This document shows positions 24,514 to 36,492 of a stretch of DNA of 64,000 nucleotides, piece after piece; position 1 is the first letter of the stretch, and each line of letters opens with the position of its first letter. The position numbers were made by a program, and so were the translations under genes. Source of the DNA: Mobula hypostoma (Eukaryota); NCBI RefSeq assembly GCF_963921235.1, contig NC_086097.1, positions 77,068,001 through 77,132,000 on the forward strand, read 5' to 3'. Under the pieces are notes generated by a model that searched no databases, was not told where the DNA came from, and saw nothing but the letters and a program-made list of their open reading frames with translations.

Positions 24514-26014
24514 GTTATACCATACTTCCATGTATTTATATCCTATGCCCCAGTGAATGGGAAAAGTAACACCTCAGGATCAGGAACAGCTTCTTCCCCT
24601 CTGTCATCCAATTCCCAAATAGACATTGAACCTTTGGATACTACCTCACTTTTAAAAAAAAAAATACAGTATTTCTGTTTCTGCGCGTTTTTAAAAAATC
24701 TATTCAATATACATAATTGACTTTCTTGTTTATTATTATTTTATTTATTATTTTTTCTCTCTGCTAGATTATGTATTATGTTGAACTGCTGCTGCTAAGT
24801 TAACAAATTTCATGTCACATGTCAGTGATAATAAACCTGATTCTGATTATATCTCCTTAATCACTTCATCTACAGTATCTGTGTTGTTGCTTTCAGGAAT
24901 CCTTAAACACTTGTGCCCAGGTCCTTCTGTTTCTCACCACTTTATAAGTTCATACCATTCATTATGTTCACTGAGTTCTCCCTAAACACACTACCTTACA
25001 TTATTCAGGATTTCATTCCATCTGCCACTTCTCTGCCCATTTCACTAACTGATCAATATTATTCCATAGTTGAAGACAGTCCTCACTATTAACAGCACCA
25101 ACTCTTGTGTCATCTGAAAGCTCACACATCACCTTCTAATTCTGATCACCATACCAATGTTGGATTCAATCTGCAAAATTGCACTGGATCTATGTGTCTT
25201 ACCTCACTTTGTTAAAGACCTTCCTGAAGTCCATATGGACTACATCTTCTTGAAAAATTTCCTCATAAGATATCCCCTGAACAAAGCCATGCTGACCATC
25301 CTGGTTAATTCCTGTCTCTCCAAGTGTAGATTAATTCTGTCGCCTGGAATTTTTAAAAATAATTTCCCTACCCCTATGGTTACCAGTTTGCACCAGTTAC
25401 CTGGCTGAGACCTGCTGCCCTTCTTGAATAAAAGTCATAGAGAAGTACAGCACAGAAAAAAGGCTCTTCAGCCCATCTAGTCCATGACAATATTTAAACT
25501 GCCTGCTCCCACCAACTTGCACTGGGACCATTGCCCTTCATGTCCCTATTATCCACGTACCTACCCAAACACCTCTTAAACATTGAAATGGAGCTTACAA
25601 GCAGCACTTGTGCTGGCAGCTCGTTCCACACTCTCACAACCTCTGAGTGAAGTAGTGTCCCCTCATTTTCCTATTAAACTTCTCACCTTTCCCCCTTAAC
25701 CTATGACCTCTGGTTGTAGTCCCACCCTACCTTTTATTGCAAAAAGGTATTACATTTGATGTACTCTGGTCATCCAGCACCTCTTCCATGGCTGTAAAAG
25801 ATTTGAAAATTTCTGTTCAGAGCCTCAGCAATCCCATCTCGTGTCTTCCAGAGCATCCTGGGATATATTCTATCTGCCCCCAGATGATTATCAACCTTTA
25901 AGCCTATCATAGCAGCTACTATCTCTTTGTGTTCCATTGCATTTTGTACTAGAATTCTCCAACTCCAATGTTCTTCTCCACAGTGAATGCATATGAGAAG
26001 ATGCTTCACTGAGT

Positions 26015-26660
26015 ACGTACGCTCCATCCGCTAGACCGCTTTGCTGAGCATCTATGCTCCATCTGCCAGAACAAGCGGGATCTCCCAGTGGCCACCCATT
26101 TTAATTCCACTTCCCATTCCCATTCTGATATGTCCATCATGGCCTCCTCCACTGTCGTGATGAGGCTACATTCAGGTTGGAGGAACAACATCTTATATTC
26201 CGTTTGGGTAGCCTTCAACCTGATAGCATGAACACCGATATTTCAAACCTCCGGTAATGCTGCCCACCCCATGCCCCACCTCCCCTTCACCATTTTTTCA
26301 TCCCCCTTTTCCTCTCTCACCTTATCTACTTGCCTGCCCATCATCTCCCTCTGATGCTCCTTCCCCCTTTTTTCTTTCTCCCATGACCTCTGTCTTTCAC
26401 CAATCAACTTCTCAGCTCTTTACTTCGTTCCTCCCCCTCCAAGTTTTACCTGTTATTATCTATTACCTGGTGTTTCGCTCTCTCCTCACCCCACCTTTTA
26501 AATCTACTCAGTTATTTTTCTCCAGTCTTACTGAAGGGTTTCGACCCCAAACATTGACTGTACTTTTTTCCATAGAAAACTGCCTGGCCTGCTGAGTTCC
26601 TCCAGCATTTTGTGTGTGTTGCTCGGACTTCCAGCATCTGCAGATTTTCTCTTGTTTGTG
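26015..26660 (+). mobile_element. Penelope-like element 3' fragment: GIY-YIG endonuclease C-terminus plus a terminal repeat with a decayed hammerhead
   Basis: Translates DRFAEHLCSI...LPVATHFNSTSHSHSD.../GLLHC...RLEEQHLIFRLGSLQPDSMN*, the typical PLE endonuclease tail; hammerhead-like motif at 26523-26560. Confidence 0.85.
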
Positions 26661-27686
26661 AGAGGTATTTGTTTAAGTTTTCGCTCACATCTGGCCTCCA
26701 CTCACAATTGCCACTTAAGTTCCTAATGGGACAGTCTCTTTTTGAGGGCCATTCCATTAGGAACTAAAGTCCTATGCTATAGATTACAAAAAAAATTCTA
26801 TTTGCATGCTTGTGATTTAAGAATTTTTTTCTGGCCAACTAATATTTCAAACTAGTTTATATGATATATGGGAAAGAAAACCACTTGAATTCCTTTTTTG
26901 TAGCCCTAAAAACAGTCTTCTTTAAAATGTTACTAAGGGTCAGGTTAGGGCCAAGGGGAACATAATTTCTGGTGCCCATCTATGCAGTAAATTTGACCAA
27001 ATGACTGTCAGGGAATTGACTGTGCACTGATGCCTATCTATGATCTGAAGAACAATTAGGCATTTAATACACCTCTTTGGATGTACTGTGTTGAGAATAT
27101 TCTGTGGCACTCTGCCTGTATGAAAGTTAATGAAAGATAATTAGGAGAAATTGACAATTATGTAGTGCTTCTGCTTGGATGTTTTATTATATATTTGTCA
27201 ATATTCCTAATTCATTTTGCAATGTTTGATTTCATGAAATAAAATACCAAAATAAATGGAATGCTTGTAATATAAATTGCACCTCTGGGGATTTTTTCAA
27301 ACTGGTTAGGAAATTTTACAAGTTAAATTTAAACAAGATGCTTATTCCATTAGAACTTGTTTACACAACTGTGCGATGTCAGGATATATCAAGTTCTATT
27401 TACTTAAGAAATGTAAATTATTTCCAGTGTGAAGACACCAATAAATCTCTTATAATGCCAGCTTGATATTCGTTATCACTCTGGCAATGAACAGAATTTC
27501 TTCTCAGACAAACAAAAGACAATTTAAAAACGAACAATGAAAAACTGTCAAGTTGTAATAACAGTGATTAGTTACTAAATTCATGTGAAACAAATACAGA
27601 GTGCACATTAGAGGATATATTAAGAGCACAGGTGCTCAAATAAAAAGCTTTCATTACCAAATTTAGGTATTTACTATAGATTCATA

Positions 27687-28208
27687 TACACTCAGTGAGA
27701 CCTCTTTATTAGATACATATGTTAACACAAATATCTAATCAGCCAATCATTGGTCAGCAATTCAATGCATAAAAGCTTGCAGACATGGTCAAGAGGTTCA
27801 GTTGTTATTCAAACCAAACATCAGAATGGGGAAGAAATGTGATCTGAATAACTTTGACTGTGGAATAATCGGTGCCAGGCTGAGTGGTTTGAGGATCTCA
27901 GAAACTGCTGATCTCCTGGGATTTTCAAGCACAACAGTCTCTAGACTTCATGGAGAATGGTGTGAAAAACAAAAAAAAGTCCGGTGAGCGACAGTTCTGT
28001 GGGTGAAAACGCCTTATTAGTGAGAGATGTTAAAGGAGAATGGCAGGACTGGTTCAAACTGAAAAGAAAGTGACAGCATGTCGAGCAGCATGTCTTCAAA
28101 CACAACAGATCTTGAAGTGGATGGGCTACAGCAGCTGAGAACCACAAACACACACTCAGTGGCCACATTATTAGTTACAGGAGGTTCCAAATAAAGTGGC
28201 CACTGAGT
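27687..28208 (+). mobile_element. Tc1-type MITE (same family as 15735-17090 and 48876-49371)
   Basis: TACACTCAGTG... and ...AATAAAGTGGCCACTGAGT termini; internal ATGGGGAAGAAATGTGATCT transposase-start remnant. Confidence 0.85.
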
Positions 28209-28306
28209 TTTATGATTAACTTTAAGTGAACCCTATTTAGAATGACCAGTAAATGGTACAGTGTTTCACCAGTTGTGATCCCATTAGACAGAACATCCCT
28301 AATGTA

Positions 28307-28594
28307 CAGTTTAAGGATAAAGGGGAAGCCTTTTAGGACCAAGATGAGGAAAAACTTCTTCACAAAGAGAGTGGTGAATCTGTGGAATTCTCTGCCACAG
28401 GAAACAGTTGAGGCCAGTTCATTAGCTATATTTAAGAGGGAGTTAGATATGGCCCTTGTGGCTAAAGGGATCAGGGGGTATGGAGAGAAGGCAGGTACAG
28501 GGTTCTGAGTTGGATCAGCCATGATCATACTGAATGGCGGTGCAGGCTCGAAGGGCCGAATGGCCTACTCCTGCCCCTATTTTCTATGTTTCTA
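28307..28594 (+). mobile_element. Young CR1 3' end, same subfamily as 7214-8592
   Basis: Near-identical to the reverse complement of ~7214-7510; (TTTCTATG) tail. Confidence 0.95.
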
Positions 28595-31545
28595 AAGGAT
28601 ACAGAAACTACTACTCTTGCGCTCCTTGGTTCAGTTTGAGGAAAGGTTAAAAGGAAATTTAGTTTATCTGGGAAAATCTATTTGAGGCAGAATTTAAAAA
28701 ATGGACAGGAATACTTCATTTTCATTAGTAATGAAGCAAAGAAGCAAGAATCATTGATTCAAAATAATATGCAGAAGGATTATTAAGAAGTTGAGAAGAA
28801 AAGTCTTTAACCCAGATGTCTATGAGCATATGGAGCAGGGTGGTAAGAAGTGGAAAACGCAAATGTTTTTAAAAATTACCTGGATAAGTATTTGCTATGC
28901 CATTACCTACAAGGCTATGAATCTGGAAGTGGGATTAAGTTGCATAGCTCTTTAAAGCCTAGGACAGACAAGATGGGCTGAAAAACCTTGTTGGAATATT
29001 AATTTCTGTAATTTGTGTAGTATCAATTTAGTTCAATATTTAAGAACTGCTACATTTTTGTTTGAACTATAATATAAATGTATCTCTAGCCCCACTTTGC
29101 TATTGCCCACTTGCATGAAAAGCTGGGACAATTCTCTGTACTACAGTACATTTTTATCTGTCTTTCAGAAGATATTAAATCACATTCTTTCTCAGTCCAA
29201 TCAAACTCACTTTCTAGCACCCTTCCAACAAACCCAGATGTACTCAAGTGTACTGCAAATGTTTATCAACAATGTGCCAGTGCCAGTGATGCTTGAAACT
29301 GACAGGACTCTGCAATCCTGCAAAGTGTCATATTAAGAAAAAGAAAAGCAGCAGGCAAATGGAAAGCAGGTGGCAGTACTGCCATCAGTACATTCATTTC
29401 CAAGTACTGCACCATCCTGACTTGGAACCAGTCCTTCCAAGTCACTGGTCCTTCATTACTACTGGATCTAAATCCTGAAGCTCCCTGCCTACCCGACAGC
29501 ACTCTGAAAATACCTTAACCAGAAGAAGAACAAAGGTTCCCTCACCACAGACCTTTTAAGGGCAAATAAATATAGATAATAAATCAAAGTTCAAGGTAAA
29601 TTTATTCTCTAAGTACGCAAGTCAACTTATACTACCCTGAGATGCATTTTCTTGCAGGCATTCATAGAACAACAAAGAAATACAATAGAATCAATGAAAA
29701 CTACACACAAAGATTAATATGCAAAATAAATACAAACTGTGCAAATACAAAAAAAAGACAAATAAGTAAATAAATAATGAGAACATAAGTGGTAGATTCC
29801 TTGAAAATGCTGGCCTTGCCAATGATTCCAGATCCCAAAAAAATATCTTTTCAAAAATCAGTATTTTCAGCCTCTGTCAGTGTCAGCTTGCTGCCTGAAA
29901 CCATTCTTGTCCAACATGGCAACAGCCTGCATTAGGTCAGTTCTTTCACAGGAGCGGGAATTATCCAGAACAAGCCCCTCTGAGAACCAGGTGAAAAAAG
30001 GGCTTGAAAGCCAGCAAAGCCTCGTACCCAGGCTTAAACAGCAATCACACCAATCAAGTTCTTTGCATGCTTAATATTCTAAAACAAATTAAAAACTATT
30101 AAAAAAAAACAGTTCTACAGGTCATCAAGTCATAAAATATTTCAATCAACTAAAGATACATTTTTAGAACTGCAGTTATTCTGATCTTTCTTTTAAAATG
30201 TTAATTAGAATGTCTTAAGAACCCCTTCACTAGTTCTTCAAACTCCATCAAATTACAGTTTCAGATATTTAGATTTCTTTTTACCTTTATACTTAAAGTT
30301 ATAAGAAAAGAATGAAAGACTAACTCCTCTATGACATAATAATGGTTATAAGATATGCTTTGGCAATATGCAGATGAATACATTTTTGGTGTTCTTTTGA
30401 ATCGTAAGAGGTGTTGTACACAGACTGAAGTGGTAAGTATGGGAGGAATTTATTCTAAAACATTGTCATAACATAGACAAGAACTTACACATTAAACAAA
30501 GAAATCTACTTAAGGTTTACCTTTAGGGTTACCTTAAGAAGAAGAAAATAATAATTTTTGCTGTTCCTGAAAAGCAATACCAATTAGTCTTCTATCAATC
30601 AGCAGCAACCTGACAGAAGGTGTTATCAATATTATCAAGCAGTATTTCTTCCATAACAAGCTGCTCATCGATGCTTAGCTTGCATCCTGCCAGGACCACT
30701 TGGCTCCAACCATTACAAAAGCCTTGGTGCAAATACCAAAGAGTTGAACTCCACAGATGATGCAAGAGTGACTGCTCCTTGACATCCTGAAAGCACGTTA
30801 CTAAATATGGTATCAAGAAGCCCCACTAAAACTGAAGTCAATTGCAAAACACTGCCATAGCTGGAGATTCATCTTTCACAAACAAAGACAGTTGTAACTG
30901 TTGGAGGTCAATTGTCCCATAAGCAAGATATGGGAGGTCCTCAGGACAATGGCTGAAGCCTAACCATCTTTAGCTGGTTTCTGAATGATCTTCCTTTCAT
31001 CATGAATTCAGTTAAGGGGTGTTTACTATAAATGTTTAACTCCATTCCCAAGTCTCCAACCAATGAAGCAGTCCCTGCCTGCACGCAGCAAAACGCAGAG
31101 ACCAGGCAAGCAAGGGAGGATTTATGGAAAGTAACGCTCAAACTACAGAAGTGCAGGTACAGTGACCATCTTCAACAAGAGATGACCTAACTATTCGCAC
31201 TGGATACTTAATGGCATCATCCACCAACAACATTCTGGAAATCACATTAACCAGAAACAACTGGACCTCCCATAAAAATCAAATGGCTACAACAACTGAT
31301 CAGAATTTCACAAATGACCCAGTTTCAGACACCTCAAAGACTTTCTAAAGTCTGCAATGCACGGGACAGGAGCATAAGGGAATAATCTTCATTCACCTCC
31401 ATGAATGCATCTCCAATGGTTCAGCACAATCTACAACAAAGCATCCTACTGACTGGTACTATCCACTGCCCTAGATATATACTTTCTCCTCAGTTAGCAC
31501 ACTACCCACAAAGTAAATCATATTTATTCATCTAGGCAACTGCAA

Positions 31546-31773
31546 GAAGAAGAAGAAGAAGAAGAAGAAGAAGAAAGCCCTTAACTCCGGGTGGAGTCAT
31601 CAGGACGCCGTCATGACGGCGTTTTTTTTTAGCAGGCTTTCTTATTTTTACGAGGCCAAGTTGCAAGCTCGACGCTCAATCCAGCACAGATGGAAAGCGT
31701 GCAAGGGAGCCAGGTGAACTCGGGAGCCTTCGCTCCCAAGTCCGGCGCTGATGCCACTATGCCACCAGCCGGC
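31546..31773 (-). mobile_element. tRNA-derived SINE with (TTC)n tail
   Basis: Minus-strand head GCCGGCTGGTGGCATAGTGG (A box) and a GAGTTC B-box remnant; (GAA)10 on the plus strand; TSD CTAGGC(A/T)ACTGCAA at 31532-31545 and 31773-31786. Confidence 0.85.
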
Positions 31774-34700
31774 TAGGCTACTGCAATGGTACCTTGTAAA
31801 CCTGCAAACTCTGCCACCAAAAAAAAGGAGAAAGACAGCAGGCACATGATAACACCACCATCTGCAGGTTCCCCTGTATATCACATACCAACCCGATTTG
31901 AACATTTATCCCTGGTCCTTCTATTGTTGCTGGGTCTAAATCATGCAATTTGCAATCCAGCAGCATGGGGAAGTAACTTTAGCAGAAGGACAACACTGTC
32001 ACTACCATCTTCTCAAGGGCAGTTAAGGATGGGTAATAAGTACTGATTCAAAAAAAAACTTATGTCCAGTGTGTTTATACAAAAGCCAGCAACAGCCAAC
32101 ATAGAGGAACTTAAAAGAATTCAGTTAGCTAAAACCATGTGGAACATCGCTTTGGTAAATTTCCTCCCTTGTGATTAGCTAGAATTAAATTGAAGATTTG
32201 ACTTTTAGACTTGCCTGGAACAAAGGAACAACAATTCATTTCTGAAATTAACAATTCACTACTGCACTTCTCTAATTACCTCGAGAAGCCCAGTGGTTTT
32301 ATTCAAAGGAATATTACAGATCTCTTTGGTTACTGATGAGATTATTGAGCTTCAAAAACCAAATCTCCCAACAATACCTTGCAGCTATTTAAGGCAAGAG
32401 TGACCATTCTTACAGTCACTACCAGTACCACCCCCTACCCATCACTCAGTCCCCATTATAATGTGGCAAATTGTTTGTTATTAGACTGTTGTGCTTTTCA
32501 TTTCTCACCAGCTGCGTCACGCAAGCCAAAGACTGTCCATAGTGGCATGTGACACAGCACCACTTACCTAAACTAATTGTATTGGTGCTCTGAGCATTCT
32601 ACTGAACAAACACCATTGATAAAAGTATCAGCAATTAGGCACATGAAGTTTCATCAGCAATTGTTTGCCTCTTTTCTATTCTAATCCAAAGGGAACATAT
32701 TTACATCCAAAACCTCAATTTCGAGTCAAATGTTTTTTCACTAGTCATATGATAATATTCAACCTCAGGACAGTTTTTGATGTCTAAAAGATATCCACCA
32801 TGTCACCACATACACGGCTTATTCACCACCAATGGCAGAAACAAAATCCATGCACTAAAGTCTCGAGCATAAAGAGCCTGGGTAATAGATGTTAGCAATG
32901 AAAATGAAAGTGGGTTAAAAACTAGCAGGGCGTGTTGCCCCCAGTAAACTTAAGTAAATGGATTTTGGACTGTGTTTAATTACTGTATCCGGTATATATA
33001 ACCTGCTATTCCAGCTATCCCTAAAACATATTGTAAAGAGCCTGAGTCAGATTTATTACCAGTCAAGTCATGAAAAACCACAACAGCCAGCAGATTGAAA
33101 TGGAAGGTACTGACAAACAAATGAAAACAATATTATCACAAAGGCAAGACTAATGCTTAATCACGGGAGAATAAATTTGTTTTGTCAGTTCTATTTCAGC
33201 ATTGCACCAAGCAAATGTCAAGTCACAATCCACACAATGGAGAAAAGGCAAGTTAGTCAAACCGTGCCCTCGGATACAGAATGAAATAGATCGTCTATCA
33301 TCAAAATTATGATGTGATACATTGGGGTGACGAATACTTAATACCTTAATGACTATCAAAGTTAAAGCTGTAAAAATCATTGTCCCACAAATATCAGAAA
33401 ATTGTCATTAAAAGCTCTATTTTGGTCTCATAACCTGATGGCTATTTACAGCTGTCCCGAATATGCTCCTTTATAACTGTTGCCAAGCATTTAGCATTGT
33501 CCTTAAAGATAAAGAAATTTCAAAGTTCATTTTCTAAATATACTGCACAAACCACAAGGGAAGAGGAGCTGCTTATTCAACACTTCGAAGAATAACAGTA
33601 TCATGCCATTTAACCAAAAAAATTATTGTGTGAAACTGAGTGCTTGATGACCAGCAGGGTCCAGTTTAGCTAAAGGGTTTGTTTCTGTGCTGTATGACTC
33701 TACGGCCCTCTATCACAATGTCCCCTTATTTTTTAAACACTACAGGAATCAAATAGTTTACAAATGAAACTCCTTCAAATCTAGGATTTTTTGTAAATGT
33801 TCTATTTTATTTTAAACTATATTCGTATTCTAATTCTGGAAGTTAGTTATCTATCAAATCAATTTAAACAGACAGTATTTTTAGTGAATATAAAGTTTCT
33901 GAAAACACAACTGAAACACAAAAGTACCAGGTATCAAACTGTTCAAGCACTGAACTCTGCAATACTCCACTATTCACAATCTGCCAATCTGAGAACTAAT
34001 CGTTTATTCCCACTCATTGCTTTATGTTCAATCTACATCAGTACATCACTTGTAGTTCCACGCATTTTACCCTTGCTTCCGTGTGGAATTTAGTGAAAGT
34101 CTTCCAGATATCCATATACATCACATCCACTGGTCCCCCTTATCTATTGTACTAGTCACATCCCCAAAGAACTCCAGAAGCTAAGTCAAACAATGATGCT
34201 TCTGCTAAGTCCTCATATCCTTTCCAAGTTGTTATGATATTTCATCTTTTCATAAGGATTCCAACACTTACTTTACTATTGACAGTGTCTGTAGAATTTT
34301 GGAAACAACTCTAAACTATCTCGAAAGCACATCATTTCAAAACCTTGGGCTATAGAGCATCAGGTCCTTTGGATTTATCAGCCTTTCAGTTCACTAACTT
34401 CAAAAATGCTATATTTTGGTATATTTATTCCTTCAGCTCCCCATGAAGATAGAAGCAAGGTAATTATTTTAACCCTCTTCCATATCCTCATTCCTCATGA
34501 TAATTCTTCTGATTCTGTTTGTAAAGAGCCTGCGATGCCCTTGCCAGTCATCCCTTTTTCAAATCACCTATCCCAAAATCCATGCTTATGTTCCTTGGAA
34601 GTTATTTTTCATATTCTATCTTGTCGCTGTCAATTTCCTTGGGTGGGGTTGAAGGACTATACAGTCCGTGATAAGCTGGAAGGCAGGACTGATTGAATTC

Positions 34701-36059
34701 TAGAGGAGGTGATGGCAAAAAGTAATTGAAAATCCCGTGCAAAATAATAAAAGGTGAATCTAGAAAATAATACACAATGAAATGTACATGGCATCTACAG
34801 TCCACCAAAGTAAGTTTACTGGTCTGGTTCGCGGTGCCTAGAAAATTGCAATGTACCTCAATGAATGATGATGTGCTGATCTTCCATTAGCTTCACTGGG
34901 GCAGTGCAGAACACTGAAGACAGATCACCTAGGGCAGTCAATTTAAAGCCCACCTTCAACTGTCAGTTTTCTGTCACTACTAGTTTTGCAGTAGAACATT
35001 CTGACAATGTGTATGTATGGAGCCAGCTGTCTAAGCTTAATTTCTTGAAACTGCTTCTTCTGTGCACTTGTAATACCACATTTTCATGGCTCAAAGGGCT
35101 TGTTGTTTTCTTGAGTATAAGGAAAATCACATTGCTGGATGCAGTGAACAGAAAATGATTTGTGCACAGCCAATCAAGTACATACTTATTCTGTAAAATC
35201 AACATAAAGCCACAAACTCAACACAGCTCAAGCATAAAAGTGGCTTCATTAATTCACTGTTGCGCAGTTATCCAATGCAGAATCAGGCAACGGAACCTAT
35301 TAATTCTAAGCTGTAGATGGCATAAAAATGGTACCACACCTGTGGTGCTAACAAAAACCACCTTCCTTATATCTTTGTTTTAAAAATATTTGTCATAAAA
35401 AAATGTTTGTCACACTTGCACAATTCATATCAAGCAGTGGCCAAGGATCAAATATGGCATGCTTTTTATCCAGTTCAAAAATCATATTACATGATGGCTC
35501 ACTGGGTCAATGTTAAACTGTACTCAATATTTCACTTCCCCACCTTGATTAGTATAACTTATAACAGAAATGAACATTTTGTACCTATAACAAAACACAA
35601 GGGAGTAACAGAGATTATCGTGTTGTAAAAAATAAAATTTAACAAAAGCATTAAGTCAGATCTACTAATCATTATTTAAATTAATCCTTTATGAAAAGGC
35701 TTTACAAATGCAAACAAGGAGCAATAATCAGCAGTTACCATATCATTTGCTGCCCCAATTTGCAAACACTGCTTTCCTTCAAATACATCAATTAATTAGT
35801 TTACTATGTATGAAAGCATGTCATTGCATAAACTGAACAGCTCAATCAGCAGGGTTTTGATGCCGTACATGCTCATTCTCCTGAGAGATTATGACACATC
35901 TTGCCCTTTAAGTTTTTTTTAAATCTCTTCGCGTGTACAATGTAGTTCCAAGAAGCTGAAATAGAGGACACGATGAACATACATCTCCACCCTGATCCGT
36001 CTCTTCAAACTGAAAATGCAAACCTGAAAACTTCCAGCAAAGCCCCCTGGTATCAGCTC

Positions 36060-36492
36060 GTATGCCAATGAGCAGCAGACTTTAATTAGCAAAGACAATA
36101 GTGACCATCAGAACAACCAGAGCATGTTACAGAGGCTTCAGCAGTTGTTGAATTTTTAAAAGATCGTTGTGAACCCTGGAATTATTTCAGATCAGTTGAT
36201 TTGGCCACACTGTGTAAACAGAAGTGACAGCTTTTAATGTTTTATAGCTGTCAATGTTATTTCCTCATGTAAAATGTGAGGGAAAGTCTGAAACAGCTTC
36301 GTACAGTGACGATGACAAAAGGGGACTAAAAGCTTCTAAAAGACATCATCTTTACGAAGAGAAATGTGCTAATATTTGGAATTCACATTTTTGAAGAGAA
36401 GAAAAACAGATGGGATACGGCTGTATCTGCATGCTTAACCTTCTGCCTTCAGACTCTTATTAGATCTGCATTCCGTGCTTTGAAGAATACTG
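36060..36492 (+). other. Candidate non-coding first exon of a plus-strand (antisense) transcript, possibly the CHRM5 5' UTR
   Basis: Repeat-free segment with CCAAT at ~36065, donor-like CTG|GTCAGT at 36493 and a switch to T-rich sequence after it. The identity is inferred only from the mammalian AVEN/CHRM5 overlap. Confidence 0.4.

Noticed and set aside
31700..31773. tRNA gene
   Set aside because: The B box is damaged and the head is fused to a SINE body with tail and TSD.
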